Origin: Gemmatimonadota bacterium
GTDB lineage: Bacteria > Gemmatimonadota > Gemmatimonadetes > JACCXV01
Direction: 5' to 3'
Assembly (NCBI GenBank): GCA_036556205.1
Contig: DATBJW010000065.1
Span: 4,285-68,284, forward strand
Length of the DNA stretch: 64,000 nucleotides
Part shown: in pieces, positions 19,244 to 29,912 of the stretch
Layout of the letters: every line of letters starts with the position of its first letter
Position numbering within the stretch: position 1 is the first letter of the stretch
Notes under the pieces: model-generated
Seen by the model: the letters and a program-made list of their open reading frames with translations, nothing else
What the model was told of the DNA's origin: nothing
Databases searched by the model: none
Position numbers and translations under genes: made by a program

Positions 19244-20575
19244 CTAGAGGAGCATGCCCGCGATGGCGGCGGTCTGGAAGCTCGCGAAGGCGCCCGCCAC
19301 CATGGCCCGCAGGCCCAGCCGCGACAGGTCGTGCCTTCGCTCGGGGGCCATCGCGCCGATGCCGCCGATCTGGATCGCGATCGAGGCGAAGTTCGCGAAC
19401 CCGCTGAGCGCGTAGCTGGCGATCACCACCGAGCGAGGCGAAAGCTGCATGCCCTCGCGCAGGCCGTTCGCGAGCTGCAGGTAGGCCACGAACTCGTTGA
19501 CCACGGTCTTCACGCCCAGCAGGGATCCCACCTCGACCGCGTCGCGCGCGGGAACGCCGAGGGCGAAGGCCAGCGGCGCGAGACACCAGCCGAAGATGCG
19601 CTCCAGGCTCAGCCCGGGCAGGCCCAGCAGGCCGCCCGCCCACCCCACGCCCGCGTTCACGAGCGCGATCAGGGCGATGAAGGCGAGCAGCATGGCCCCC
19701 ACGTTGAGGGCCAGCGACAGGCCCTCGCTCGCCCCCCGGGCGGCGGCGTCGATCACGTTCGCGTCGGGAGTCTTCACGTCGATCGCGACGTCTCCGCGCG
19801 TGGCGGGCTGCTCGGTCTCCGGCACGATGATCTTGGAGAACGCCAGCGCCGCCGGCGCGCTCATCACGGAGGCCGCGAGCAGGTGCCCGGCGATGCCGGG
19901 GACGTACGGGCCGAGCAGGCCGACGTAGGCGGCCATCACGCCGCCGGCGGTGTTGGCGAAGCCGGCCGCCATCACGCAGAGGAGCTCGGAGCGCGTCATG
20001 CCGGCCACGAACGGGCGGATCATGAGCGGCGCCTCGGTCATGCCCACGAAGATGTTCGCGGATGCAGCCAGCGTCTCCGCGCCCGAAGTGCGCATCGTGC
20101 GGCACATGGCCCAGGCGAAGGCGCGGACGATACCCTGGAGCACCCGGAAATGGTAGAGCACGGCCATCAGCGAGGAGAAGAAGATGATGGTCGGCAGCAC
20201 GCCGAAGGCGAAGTAGGCGCCGGTGCGAGCCCACGCGGTCACGCTCCCGGCCGGGAGCGGGGCGCCGGCGGGAGGTCCGCCGGCAGGCGTGCCCACCGGC
20301 ACGTTGTTGTCCACGAGATTGCCGAAGACGAAGCGCGCCCCCTGCTGGGAGAAGTCGAGGAGCCGTACGAACGCGTCGTTGACGGCCGCGAAGAAGACCT
20401 CGCCGGCCGCCGTCCGCAGGACGAGCACCGCGAAGGCGAACTGCAGGGCGATCCCCCACGCCACGACCCGCCAGTCCACCGCGCGGCGATCGGTGGAGAG
20501 GAGCCAGGCCAGGAGCACCAGCAGCCCGGTCCCGAACAGGCCGGTCAGACGCTCGAGGAGCGTGGTCTCGCTCAT
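19244..20575 (-). CDS. nupC: NupC/CNT concentrative nucleoside transporter
   Basis: FAFGVLPTIIFFSSL, TSGAETL, IFVGMTEAPL, NEFVAY, YALSGFANF; ATG 20575 overlaps the upstream stop. Confidence 0.95.
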   Translation of the reverse strand: MSETTLLERLTGLFGTGLLVLLAWLLSTDRRAVDWRVVAWGIALQFAFAVLVLRTAAGEVFFAAVNDAFVRLLDFSQQGARFVFGNLVDNNVPVGTPAGGPPAGAPLPAGSVTAWARTGAYFAFGVLPTIIFFSSLMAVLYHFRVLQGIVRAFAWAMCRTMRTSGAETLAASANIFVGMTEAPLMIRPFVAGMTRSELLCVMAAGFANTAGGVMAAYVGLLGPYVPGIAGHLLAASVMSAPAALAFSKIIVPETEQPATRGDVAIDVKTPDANVIDAAARGASEGLSLALNVGAMLLAFIALIALVNAGVGWAGGLLGLPGLSLERIFGWCLAPLAFALGVPARDAVEVGSLLGVKTVVNEFVAYLQLANGLREGMQLSPRSVVIASYALSGFANFASIAIQIGGIGAMAPERRHDLSRLGLRAMVAGAFASFQTAAIAGMLL

Positions 20576-21675
20576 GCCCAGGCCTCGAGCTCCGCGCTCA
20601 CCTCGCCCACGAGGGCGCGCCGCTCGTCGTAGGGCAGGAAGGCGCTCTTGAATCCGTTCAGGACGAGCTTGCGGATCTCGCGCCAGTCGAACCCCAGCGC
20701 CACGTGCGCCCGCAGGAGCTCGTCCGTCACCGTTGTGCGGGAGATGAGCCGGCTGTCGGTGTTCACCGTGACGCGCAGGCCGGCGTCGAAGTAGCGGCGC
20801 AGGGGATGCTCCGCCACGCTCGGCACGGCACCGGTTTGAGCGTTCGAGAGCAGGCAGATCTCGAGCGGGATGCGATGGTCGTTCACGTAGTTCAGCAGGT
20901 CCTGGTCTTCGTGGAGATGCGTGCCGTGGCCGATCCGGTGCGCGCCGCAGTCGTGGATCGCCTGGCGAATGGAGTCCGCCCCCCACCCCTCGCCGGCGTG
21001 GATCGTCAGGTTGACGTTCCGATCGCGCACGACCTTGAAGGCCGTGCGGTGACGCTTGGCCGGGTAGTAGGCCTCGGGGCCGGCCAGGTCGAAGCCGACC
21101 ACGCCCCGGTTCTTGTAGTCCACGCAGAGCTCGGCCAGCTCTTCCGACACGAGCGGGTCGAGGTGTCGCAGCGCGCAGATGATGATGCCCGAGCGCACGC
21201 CATGCGAGGCCTCGGCGTGGCGCAGGCCGTCGCGAACCGCCTCCACGGACTCGTGAAGCGAGAGCCCGCGGTCGCGGTGCAGGACGGGCGAGAACCGCAC
21301 CTCCAGCCAGCGCACGTTCTCGGCGGCGGCGTCCTCGGCCAGCTCGCGGGCGATGCGCGAGAGCGCCGGCGTTTCCTGCATCACCAGCAGCGTGACGTCG
21401 AAGCGCGTGAGGTACTCGACCAGGCTGCGGCCGGTCTCGGGATGGGCGAAGTACGCCTCGAGCCCGGCTTCGTCGTCGGCCGGGAGCCTCACCCCCTGCT
21501 CGCGAGCCAGCTCGAGGAGCGTCGAGAGACGCAGGCAGCCGTCGAGGTGGCAGTGGAGGTCGGTCTTGGGCAGGGCCAGGATGCGCTCGCGCGTCACGAG
21601 CGACTCGCTCGGCGCGGAGTGCGGCGCGCGCGTCGCGACGGGGGTCCGGCGTGTCGTTGGCGGCTCAGCGCGCAT
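20572..21675 (-). CDS. add: Adenosine deaminase (HxHxD type)
   Basis: PKTDLHCHLDG, GFDLAGPE, IHAGE, RIGHG, EICLLSN, VNTDSR. Confidence 0.9.
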   Translation of the reverse strand: MRAEPPTTRRTPVATRAPHSAPSESLVTRERILALPKTDLHCHLDGCLRLSTLLELAREQGVRLPADDEAGLEAYFAHPETGRSLVEYLTRFDVTLLVMQETPALSRIARELAEDAAAENVRWLEVRFSPVLHRDRGLSLHESVEAVRDGLRHAEASHGVRSGIIICALRHLDPLVSEELAELCVDYKNRGVVGFDLAGPEAYYPAKRHRTAFKVVRDRNVNLTIHAGEGWGADSIRQAIHDCGAHRIGHGTHLHEDQDLLNYVNDHRIPLEICLLSNAQTGAVPSVAEHPLRRYFDAGLRVTVNTDSRLISRTTVTDELLRAHVALGFDWREIRKLVLNGFKSAFLPYDERRALVGEVSAELEAWA

Positions 21676-23419
21676 CGCGGGTCGCGGGGACGTCCTCCAG
21701 GAAGCGGATCCGGCCCTGCAGCTCGTAGCGAATGGGCTGCGGCAGGCCTTCCTGCAGGTGGTGGACGAAAGCGTCGAGGTCCGTGATCCCCGTGTTCTCG
21801 GCGAGCCGTGCGTCCGCCAGCATCGTGTAGCCGTCTCCGCCCTGGAACATGAACTCGTTGACGGTGACCGAGTAGGTGGCATACAGCCGGACCGGCCTCC
21901 CGTCCTCCAGACGCGGGCTGCGCACGCGCCGGCCGGGCTGCGCGTGAGGATCCACCGTGAACCGCACCCCTGAGACCTGCACCAGCCCGTGCTCGCCGCT
22001 CGCACCGTTCTCGAGCGCCGCCAGGAGCGTGCGCCCGTCGAGCTCCAGCCGGTAGAGCCGGTTGTCGAAGGGCTGGACCTCGTAGGCCTCGCGCCACCGG
22101 ATGGGCCCGGCGTCGATCTCGGCACGGATCCCGCCCGAGTTCGTGAGCGCGATCTGGGCGCCGGTGGCGGCGCGCTGCGCGTCGGTGACCAGATCGCCGA
22201 GCACCGACTCCCGCCGGCGGTCGGCCGTCAGGGGATGCGCCGCCTCGGCGATCACGCGATCGGCGAGGGGGTCCAGGCGGGCTTCGTAGCCTTCCACGAG
22301 GGCGGCCACCGTCGAGTCCGGCGCCACGCCGTCGCCGTAGGTCGTCACGACCTCGGCGTCCGAGCAAGCCAGGTCGTGCGTGCGCGCATCCACCCAGAGC
22401 TGAACGACGCCCAGCGCGGTGCCGCGGGAGCGCGCCTGCACGAGCCGGATCCCGTTCACCTCGCCGTCCAGCAGCGTGTGCGTGTGACCCGACACGACCA
22501 GGTCCACCGAAGGCGGGAAGCCGCGCATCGCGTTCACGATCTCGCCGTGGAAGGCGTTCGAGTCCGGATTGAAGGTGCCCCCGGCGTGCGCGACGACCAC
22601 GATCAGGTCGGCGCCGGCACGTTCGAGCCTCGCGGCCTCCGTCCGCACGGCCCCGGCCAGGTCCGTGAACCGCAGGCCGGTCACGTGCACGGGCAGCGTG
22701 GTGCTCGGCGTGCTGCGGGTGGTCAGGCCCACGATGCCGATCGCGAGGCCCTTGCGCCGCACCAGGGCCGTCGGCACGGCCCAGCGCGGCCGGGCCGCGT
22801 CGGCCGCGCCCACGATGTTGGCGGAGAGCCACGGGAAGCGCGCCTGGGTCATGCGCCGCTCGAGGACCTCGATCCCCCAGTCGAACTCATGGTTGCCGAT
22901 CGCCGCGGCGTCGTAGCCGACGGCGTTGTAGAAGTCGATGACCGACTCACCCTGGACCAGGTTCGAGACCGCCGTGCCCTGCATCAGGTCGCCGCCGTCC
23001 AGGAGCAGGGTCCCCTCGGGGTTCGCGGCCCGCTCGCGCCCGATGTACGCGGCCACGACCGCCGCTCCGCCCACGGGCCGGCCGGCCTCGGCCCAGGGAT
23101 AGGTCTTGCTCTCGAGGGCGCCGTGGAAGTCGTTCGTGGCCAGCACCGTCAGGTGCACGAGCGAATCGCTCCCGAGCCCCGGACAGGGCGGGGGCAGCGC
23201 CGAGAGCGGGGTCTCCGGCAGCGAGTCGGCACGCGGGACGGGGGCCGCACGACCGCCGGCGGAGTCCGCGCCGGCGACCGCCGCCGGTGGCGTCGGCTCG
23301 CGAGCGGGCTCGGCCGAGGGGGCGCCCGGGCGGGAGGGGCCGGCGCTGGCGCAGCCGTAGAGGCAGCCACAGAGAAGGATCAGCAGGGCCCACGGGCCCG
23401 CCGGGACCCGGGCGGTCAT
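21665..23419 (-). CDS. 5'-nucleotidase / 2',3'-cyclic phosphodiesterase family lipoprotein
   Basis: Lipobox LYGC, TNDFHG, LDGGD, IGNHEFDWG, SGHTH, NSGGIRA, QPFDN, GGDGY. Confidence 0.93.
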   Translation of the reverse strand: MTARVPAGPWALLILLCGCLYGCASAGPSRPGAPSAEPAREPTPPAAVAGADSAGGRAAPVPRADSLPETPLSALPPPCPGLGSDSLVHLTVLATNDFHGALESKTYPWAEAGRPVGGAAVVAAYIGRERAANPEGTLLLDGGDLMQGTAVSNLVQGESVIDFYNAVGYDAAAIGNHEFDWGIEVLERRMTQARFPWLSANIVGAADAARPRWAVPTALVRRKGLAIGIVGLTTRSTPSTTLPVHVTGLRFTDLAGAVRTEAARLERAGADLIVVVAHAGGTFNPDSNAFHGEIVNAMRGFPPSVDLVVSGHTHTLLDGEVNGIRLVQARSRGTALGVVQLWVDARTHDLACSDAEVVTTYGDGVAPDSTVAALVEGYEARLDPLADRVIAEAAHPLTADRRRESVLGDLVTDAQRAATGAQIALTNSGGIRAEIDAGPIRWREAYEVQPFDNRLYRLELDGRTLLAALENGASGEHGLVQVSGVRFTVDPHAQPGRRVRSPRLEDGRPVRLYATYSVTVNEFMFQGGDGYTMLADARLAENTGITDLDAFVHHLQEGLPQPIRYELQGRIRFLEDVPATRDAR

Positions 23420-23517
23420 CGTCGTGCGCGCTCCAGCTCGAGGGGGGTTCCGGAGACACGCAAATGAACAGAAAAGGGCCGGGGCGGGCAATGGGGGGCC
23501 GGAACGAAGGTCCGCGC

Positions 23518-23562
23518 AAAAAAGATCCCCGCCCCCTCGCAACGCAGGAGGAGGAGGCGGGG
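23518..23562 (-). terminator. Rho-independent terminator after phoR
   Basis: Minus strand: ccccgcctcctc-loop-gagggggcgggg (12-bp stem with one G-U) followed by atcTTTTTT. Confidence 0.65.
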
Positions 23563-23627
23563 AAGGCCGGGACTCGACCGGCCCGTCGGCGGCGGGGCGT
23601 CAACGCTCTCCGCCGTCAGGCCCCAAG

Positions 23628-25535
23628 TTACGAGCGCGGCGTCGTGGGTCCAGACTCGTGTTGAGCCGGGTCCGGCCCCTCCTCCGGGCCGTTCTCCGAT
23701 CCCGGCGGCCGTCCCGCCCCGGGCGGCCCCTCGAGCGGCAGGAGAACCGCGAACGAGCTTCCCTCCCCCACCCGACTCTGCACGCGCACATCGCCGCCGT
23801 GGAGCAACACGATGTGCTTGACGATCGCGAGGCCCAGGCCCGTGCCTCCCAGCTTCCGCGAGCGCGCCCGGTCCACCCGGAAGAAACGCTCGAAGACCCG
23901 GCCCAGGTCGTGCGCCGGGATGCCGCAGCCCGTGTCCTCCACCGTGAAGGCGACGTGGCCGTCCTCGCGCGCGGCCCGCACGCCCACGCGGCCGCCCGGC
24001 TCGGTGTACTTGAGCGCGTTGTCCACCAGGTTCGCCAGCACCTGGTCCAGGAGCTTGCGGTCGCCGCGCAGGGTCATGCCCGGCGCGGCCGCGCCGACCT
24101 CGAGCAGGATTCCCTTTTCCGCCGCGCGGGGACGGAAGGCTTCCTCCACGGCGGCCAGCAGGTCGGCGGCCGAGAGGATCGCGAGCTGCAGGCTGTATCC
24201 CTCGCTCTCGAGCGTGGAGAGGGCGAGCAGGTCGTCCACCAGGTCCGTCAAGCGGTCGGCGTGGCGGATGATGATCTCGGCGAAGCGGGCCCGCTCCTCG
24301 GGGCTGTCGGCCGCCGCGCGCAAGGTCTCGGCGTAGCCGCGGATGGCCGTGACCGGCGTGCGGATCTCGTGCGACACGTTGGCGGCGAAATCGCGCCGCA
24401 CGCCCTCGAGCTTCTTGAGGCGCGTCACGTCGTGGAACACCGCCACCACGGCGTGCGCGTCCCCGTCGCGTCCGAGCGGGGCTACCTCCACCTCGAGCTG
24501 CCGCTCCGCCGGGTGCGAGAGACGCACGACGCCGCCCGCGCGCTCGCGGCGCTCGATCGCGCGCTCGAGGATCTCCTCGAGCGAGGGGCTGCGCAGGGCT
24601 TCGAGCGACGTGCGGCCGACCGGGGGCCGGCTCAGTCCGAACATCTGCTGCAGGGCCGCGTTCGTTTGCAGGACGCGGCCCGCGCGGTCGGTCACCAGCA
24701 CGCCCTCCACCATCCCCTCGAGCACCCCCTGCAACTGCTCCTTCTCGGCCACGATCTCGGAGCGCTGGCGGGCCAGCTCGCTCGACATGCGGTTGAACGC
24801 CCCGGCCAGCTCCTCGTGCTCGTCCCCGGTGCGCAGCCGGATCTCGTGACCGAGCTCGCCCCGGCTCAAGCGCTCGGCCGCCTCCCGCAGGCGCCGGATG
24901 GGGCGCGTGAGGCGGCGCGAAACGTAGGCGGCCAGCGCCGCCGCGACCAGCAGGGAGAGGCCGAGGGCCGCGACCAGCGCGCGGGCGGCCACGCGCCGCT
25001 CGTCCTGGATGCCGGCCAGCGTGAAGGCCAGGCGCACGGCGCCGACCGGCCGCCCGGCGGCGTCGCGCAGGGATCGCGCACGGTACAGGAACGGCTCCTG
25101 CACGGTCTGGCTCGTGCGCGTACTCACCCCCTCGCCACCCTGGAGCGCTTCTTCGATCTCGGGCCGGAGCGCGTGGTTCTCCATGGCGAGCAGCGCCGGT
25201 CCGGAGAGCTCCGAGTCCCCCAGCACGCGGCCGTCGGGCGCCACGACGGTGATGCGGCCGCCGGCCCCGCGCGCGAGGCTGTCCACCAGGGGATCGATCT
25301 GAGCGGGACCGGCCTCGCCGGTGGGCCACCCGGCCGCCAGCGAGCTCTGCAGCAGGGAGAGCTGCTGGCGCTGGCGCAGCGTGATCTCCGACTCGAGCGC
25401 CGCGCGCAGGCGGGCGTAGAGGAAGAGGCCCAGCGGAAGGAGCGCGACGAGGCTGAGGAGCAGGAAGGCGGCGAAGAGCTTGACGACGAGAGGCCGGCGG
25501 GCCCGGGTCCCCGCGACGGTGGACGGCCGCGGCAC
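23628..25535 (-). CDS. phoR: Phosphate regulon sensor kinase (2 TM, HAMP, PAS, HisKA, HATPase)
   Basis: ANVSHEIRTP, NLVDNALKY, VEDTGCGI, ERFFRVDRARSR, GTGLGLAIVKH; follows phoU-phoB. Confidence 0.92.
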   Translation of the reverse strand: MPRPSTVAGTRARRPLVVKLFAAFLLLSLVALLPLGLFLYARLRAALESEITLRQRQQLSLLQSSLAAGWPTGEAGPAQIDPLVDSLARGAGGRITVVAPDGRVLGDSELSGPALLAMENHALRPEIEEALQGGEGVSTRTSQTVQEPFLYRARSLRDAAGRPVGAVRLAFTLAGIQDERRVAARALVAALGLSLLVAAALAAYVSRRLTRPIRRLREAAERLSRGELGHEIRLRTGDEHEELAGAFNRMSSELARQRSEIVAEKEQLQGVLEGMVEGVLVTDRAGRVLQTNAALQQMFGLSRPPVGRTSLEALRSPSLEEILERAIERRERAGGVVRLSHPAERQLEVEVAPLGRDGDAHAVVAVFHDVTRLKKLEGVRRDFAANVSHEIRTPVTAIRGYAETLRAAADSPEERARFAEIIIRHADRLTDLVDDLLALSTLESEGYSLQLAILSAADLLAAVEEAFRPRAAEKGILLEVGAAAPGMTLRGDRKLLDQVLANLVDNALKYTEPGGRVGVRAAREDGHVAFTVEDTGCGIPAHDLGRVFERFFRVDRARSRKLGGTGLGLAIVKHIVLLHGGDVRVQSRVGEGSSFAVLLPLEGPPGAGRPPGSENGPEEGPDPAQHESGPTTPRS

Positions 25536-25537
25536 GG

Positions 25538-26332
25538 CTACTCCCGGAACCGGTACCCGACGCCCCAGGCGGTCTCGATCCACTCACCGCGCGCGCGCAG
25601 CTTCTTGCGAAGGCGCGCCACGTGCGTGTCGATCGTGCGATCGTAGCCGGCGTAGTCGTAGCCCCAGACCTCGCGCAGCAGCCGCTCGCGGGTCTGGACG
25701 CGCCCCCGCTCGCGCAGCAGGTGCACGAGCAGGTCGAACTCGATCACGGTCAGGGACACGGGCTCGCCGTCCACGCGCACCTGCCGGCGCGGGATGTCCA
25801 CGGCCAGGAAGCCGTCGGCTGTCAGGACCTCGGAGGCGCGCCGGGCGGCGTGCTCCTCGTAGCGGCGCAGCACGGCGCGCATCCGCAGGACGAGCTCGCG
25901 CAGGTTGAACGGCTTCGTGACGTAGTCGTCGGCGCCGAGCTCGAGGCCGACGATGCGGTCCACCTCGTCCTTCTTGGCGGTGAGCATGACCACCGGCAGG
26001 TGCGCGGTGCGCGGGTCGCGCCGCAAGCGGCGCGTGAGCTCCAGGCCGTCCAGGCCGGGCAGCATCAGATCCAGCAGCACCAGGTCCGGGGGATCCTGCT
26101 GGATCTTCTCCAGCGCCTGGACGCCGTCCTCGGCGATCGAGACCCGGAAGTCCTCGCGCGCCAGGTTGTAGTAGAGCAGATCGCGGATGTCCTCCTCGTC
26201 CTCCACGATCAGCACGCGCTTGCGCGCGAGATCGGCCTCGCCGCGGCGGGCGAGGTGCGCGTGGTTGGCCGGTCCGTCCGCGGCGGCCTTCGCAGCCAGG
26301 GCGTGGCTCCGGCGCGGCGCCGTCTCGCTCAT
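25538..26332 (-). CDS. phoB: OmpR/PhoB-family response regulator
   Basis: VLIVEDE, LVLLDLMLPG, GADDYVTKPF, winged-helix RTIDTHVARLRKKL. Confidence 0.9.
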   Translation of the reverse strand: MSETAPRRSHALAAKAAADGPANHAHLARRGEADLARKRVLIVEDEEDIRDLLYYNLAREDFRVSIAEDGVQALEKIQQDPPDLVLLDLMLPGLDGLELTRRLRRDPRTAHLPVVMLTAKKDEVDRIVGLELGADDYVTKPFNLRELVLRMRAVLRRYEEHAARRASEVLTADGFLAVDIPRRQVRVDGEPVSLTVIEFDLLVHLLRERGRVQTRERLLREVWGYDYAGYDRTIDTHVARLRKKLRARGEWIETAWGVGYRFRE

Positions 26333-26333
26333 G

Positions 26334-27047
26334 TCAGGCATCCGCGGTCCCCTGGGCCACCGGCGCCGCGACCGGCGAGGACTCCTGCATGTCGCTGGCG
26401 TGGTGCTTCACGTTGCGGGCTTCCACGATGTAGATCACATCCTCGGCGATGTTCGTCGCCATGTCCGCGATGCGCTCCAGATTGCGGCTCACGAGCAGCA
26501 CCTCCATGCCCCACGAGATGCGCCGTGGGTTCTCCATCATCACCGTGAGCAGGATGCGGAACACGCTGTCGTTGTAGCGGTCCACCACGTCGTCGCGACG
26601 CAGGATCTCGACCGCCGAGCGGGCGTCGCGCTCCACGAACGCGTCCACCGCACCGCGCAGCATCTCCAGCGCGATCTCGGTCATGGCGCCGACCTCGGGG
26701 GGCGGCTCGATGGCGGGCGCGCCCTGCAGGCGCAGGGTGGACTCCACGATGTTCACCGCGTGGTCGCCCACGCGCTCCAGATCGCTCGACATCTTCAGGA
26801 TCATGCTGATGAGCCGCAGGTCGCGCGCCATGGGCTGCTGCGTGGCCAGCAGGTGGATGCCCGCTTCCTCGATCTCGTTCTCCATCGCGTCGATGCTGTG
26901 ATCCGATTCGAAGACGCCGCGGGCCAGGCCGGCGTCCCGCTCGAGGAACGCCTTCGTGGCCGCGCGCACCTGCTCTTCGGCGAGGCTCGCCATGCGCAGA
27001 ACCTTACTCTGGAGCTCGGTCAGCTGATGCTCGAAGTGTCGCTCCAA
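26334..27047 (-). CDS. phoU: Phosphate signalling regulator
   Basis: QQPMARDLR, DLERVGDHA, RRDDVVD, RNLERIADMATNIAEDV. Confidence 0.97.
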   Translation of the reverse strand: MERHFEHQLTELQSKVLRMASLAEEQVRAATKAFLERDAGLARGVFESDHSIDAMENEIEEAGIHLLATQQPMARDLRLISMILKMSSDLERVGDHAVNIVESTLRLQGAPAIEPPPEVGAMTEIALEMLRGAVDAFVERDARSAVEILRRDDVVDRYNDSVFRILLTVMMENPRRISWGMEVLLVSRNLERIADMATNIAEDVIYIVEARNVKHHASDMQESSPVAAPVAQGTADA

Positions 27048-27066
27048 GGCTAGCCCTCCTCGCGGC

Positions 27067-27882
27067 TCATCCGAAGCGGCCCGTGATGTAGTCCTCGGTC
27101 TCCTTCACGCGCGGGCTCGTGAACAGCTCGTCGGTGGCGGCGTACTCGATCAGGCGGCCCAGGTACATGAACGCCGTGTAGTCCGACACGCGCGCCGCCT
27201 GCTGCATGTTATGCGTAACGATGACGATCGAGTAGTCCTTCTCCAGCTCCTTCAGCAGCTCCTCGATCTTGGCCGTGGCGATCGGGTCCAGGGCCGAGGC
27301 CGGCTCGTCGAGCAGCAGGATCTCGGGCTTGACGGCCAGCGCGCGCGCGATGCAGAGCCGCTGCTGCTGGCCGCCCGACAGCTCGAGCGCGCTCTCGCGC
27401 AGGCGGTCCTTGACCTCGTCCCAGAGCGCCGCATGCCGCAGGGAGTCTTCGACGAGCTCGTCCATCTCACCCGCGAGGCCGTTGATGCGCGGGCCGAAGG
27501 CCACGTTGTCGTAGATCGACTTCGGGAAGGGGTTCGGCTTCTGGAAGACCATCCCGATCCGGCGCCGCACCTCGACCGGGTCCACGCCCCGACCCAGCAG
27601 GTTCTCGCCGTGGAACAGGATCTCGCCCTCGATGCGCGCGTTGGGGATCAGGTCGTTCATGCGGTTGAGCGAGCGCAGGAGCGTGGATTTGCCGCAGCCC
27701 GAGGGGCCGATCATGGCCACGATCGTGTTCACCGGGAAGTCCAGCGAGGCGTCCTTGACGGCCTGGAGGTCGCCGTAGAAGACGTCCAGGTGGCGCACCT
27801 CCAGGGCGTTCGGGACCGCGATCGAGGTCGCGGCCGGCTGGACGCCGGCCTCGGGCGCGGAGGGATCCATCCCCGTCACCAC
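27067..27882 (-). CDS. pstB: Phosphate ABC transporter ATPase
   Basis: [54 protein letters not shown]. Confidence 0.98.
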   Translation of the reverse strand: MVTGMDPSAPEAGVQPAATSIAVPNALEVRHLDVFYGDLQAVKDASLDFPVNTIVAMIGPSGCGKSTLLRSLNRMNDLIPNARIEGEILFHGENLLGRGVDPVEVRRRIGMVFQKPNPFPKSIYDNVAFGPRINGLAGEMDELVEDSLRHAALWDEVKDRLRESALELSGGQQQRLCIARALAVKPEILLLDEPASALDPIATAKIEELLKELEKDYSIVIVTHNMQQAARVSDYTAFMYLGRLIEYAATDELFTSPRVKETEDYITGRFG

Positions 27883-28772
27883 TTCCGCTGGAACTTGTTG
27901 CGCAGCAGGATCGCCGCCGAGTTCATGGCCAGCAGCACGGCCAGCAGGACCAGGATACCGGCCGCGGCGTTCACGTGAAAGCCGGGCTGGGGCCGGCTCA
28001 CCCAGTTGAAGATCTGGATCGGGAGCGCCGTGAACGGGTCGAAGACGGACACCGGCGTGAAGGCGATGAAGGTGAGTGCCCCGATCATGATCAACGGCGC
28101 GGTCTCGCCGATCGCCCGCGAGAGCGCCAGGATCGTTCCCGTGAGGATCCCCGCGAAAGCCGAGGGCAGCACGTGGTGCCGGATCGTCTGCCAGCGCGTG
28201 GCCCCCAGCGCGTAGGAGGCCTCACGGATCGAGCGTGGCACGGCGCGGATCGCCTCCCGCGAGGCGATGATGATGACCGGCAGGATCAGCAGCGCCATCG
28301 TGGCCGCGCCGGAGAGCACGCTGCGGCCCAGCCCGAAGAAGCGCACGAAGACCCCCAGACCGAGCAGGCCGTAGACGATGGACGGCACGCCCGCCAGGTT
28401 GGCGATGTTCACCTCGAGCAAGCGGTTGAGCCAGTTGTTGGAGGCGTACTCCTCGAGGTAGACCGCGGCCCCCACGCCCAGCGGAAAGGCCATGAGCGCC
28501 GTGAGCGAGATCATCCAGATCGAGCCCCAGAGCGCGGCCTTGATGCCCGCCTCGTCCGGCCGCCGGGACGGGAAGCTGCTCAGGAACTGGGGGGACAGGC
28601 GGCTCAGCCCATCGTGCAGCACGTCCAGGAGCAGCGCCGCGAGCGTGATCACACCCACCGCGGCGGCGGCGAAGCAGAGCCAGCGGTAGAGATCCCCCCT
28701 GCGGTGCCGCGCGGACAGCCGCCGCTCGAACGCCTCGTCGCGGAAGCCCGTCTGCGGCGCGCCGGCGCTCAC
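27876..28772 (-). CDS. pstA: Phosphate ABC permease
   Basis: [39 protein letters not shown]. Confidence 0.96.
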   Translation of the reverse strand: MSAGAPQTGFRDEAFERRLSARHRRGDLYRWLCFAAAAVGVITLAALLLDVLHDGLSRLSPQFLSSFPSRRPDEAGIKAALWGSIWMISLTALMAFPLGVGAAVYLEEYASNNWLNRLLEVNIANLAGVPSIVYGLLGLGVFVRFFGLGRSVLSGAATMALLILPVIIIASREAIRAVPRSIREASYALGATRWQTIRHHVLPSAFAGILTGTILALSRAIGETAPLIMIGALTFIAFTPVSVFDPFTALPIQIFNWVSRPQPGFHVNAAAGILVLLAVLLAMNSAAILLRNKFQRKW

Positions 28773-29875
28773 TCGTACACCTCGCGGAAGCGGCGGACGA
28801 ACCACTGGCTCAGGAAGTTGAGGAGCAGGGTGATCACGAAGAGCGCCATGCCGACCGCGAAGATCGTCTTGTAGGCCAGCGTCCCGGCGGGCGTGTCGCC
28901 CAGGCTGACCTGCACGATGTAGGCGGTCATGGTCTCCATGGCCTCGAGCGGATTCCAGGAGAGGCGCGGCATCTGCCCCGCCGCGATGGTCACGATCATC
29001 GTCTCACCGATGGCGCGCGAGATCGCCAGGATGAACGAAGCGGCGATCCCCGACAGGGCGGCCGGGATCACGACCCGTGTGGAGGTCTCGAACCGCGTCG
29101 CGCCCAGGGCTTGCGAGGCCTCGCGCAGGGACACGGGGACCGCGTTCATGGCGTCCTCCGAGAGCGACGAGACCATGGGCAGGATCATGATCCCCATCAC
29201 GATCGAGGCCGACAGCGCGTTGAAGATCTGCGTCTCGGGCACGATCGCCCGCAGGATCGGGGTCACGAAGAGCAGGGCGAAATATCCGTAGACGACGGTC
29301 GGGATGCCGGCCAGCACTTCGAGCAGGGGCTTCAGCACCGACCGCACCCGGCCGGGAGCGTACTCGTTCAGGTAGACAGCGCTCCCCAGGCCGAGCGGCA
29401 GCGCGACGACCATGGCCAGGACCGACGTGAGGAGCGTGGCGTTGAGAAGCGGGAGGATCCCGAAGTGCTTCTCGGCGAAGAGCGGCGTCCACTGCGTGTC
29501 GGTGAGGAAATCCACGATCGGGACCTCGCGGAAGAACGCGAGCGTCTCGACGATGAGAACCGCCACGATGCCGACCGTCGTGAGGATCGAAACCACGCCG
29601 CAGGCCAGGAGCGCACCCTGGATCACCCCTTCCCGGAGGCGCTCGGCGCGGCGGCTCCGGGTCAAGACGGCCACGGGCGCCGGGCTCGGCCTCACCGGTC
29701 CCGGAGCGGAGCCATCCCCGGCAGCAGGCTCCGCCGGCGGGGCCGGCGGCTGCGGCCGCTCGGCTCTCGCTTCGGGGAGCTGCGGAGCGGTTATCCTGAT
29801 GCGCGGCGCCGGGCCGGGGGGATCCCCCTCCCTGTGAGCCTCGCTCGGCCGGCTCGGCCCTTCTCGCGTTTGCAC
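28769..29875 (-). CDS. pstC: Phosphate ABC permease (long Pro-rich N-terminus; start uncertain)
   Basis: [36 protein letters not shown]. Confidence 0.95.
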   Translation of the reverse strand: MQTREGPSRPSEAHREGDPPGPAPRIRITAPQLPEARAERPQPPAPPAEPAAGDGSAPGPVRPSPAPVAVLTRSRRAERLREGVIQGALLACGVVSILTTVGIVAVLIVETLAFFREVPIVDFLTDTQWTPLFAEKHFGILPLLNATLLTSVLAMVVALPLGLGSAVYLNEYAPGRVRSVLKPLLEVLAGIPTVVYGYFALLFVTPILRAIVPETQIFNALSASIVMGIMILPMVSSLSEDAMNAVPVSLREASQALGATRFETSTRVVIPAALSGIAASFILAISRAIGETMIVTIAAGQMPRLSWNPLEAMETMTAYIVQVSLGDTPAGTLAYKTIFAVGMALFVITLLLNFLSQWFVRRFREVYE

Positions 29876-29912
29876 GCCAGCCCTGCCCTCCTTCAGAAGA
29901 ACGCGGCGCCCT

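Noticed and set aside
23430-23620. Possible purine riboswitch or attenuator before the nucleotidase operon
   Set aside because: No purine-aptamer core; the hairpin plus U-tract is explained as the pho-operon terminator, and TTGACG at 23598-23603 has no matching -10.
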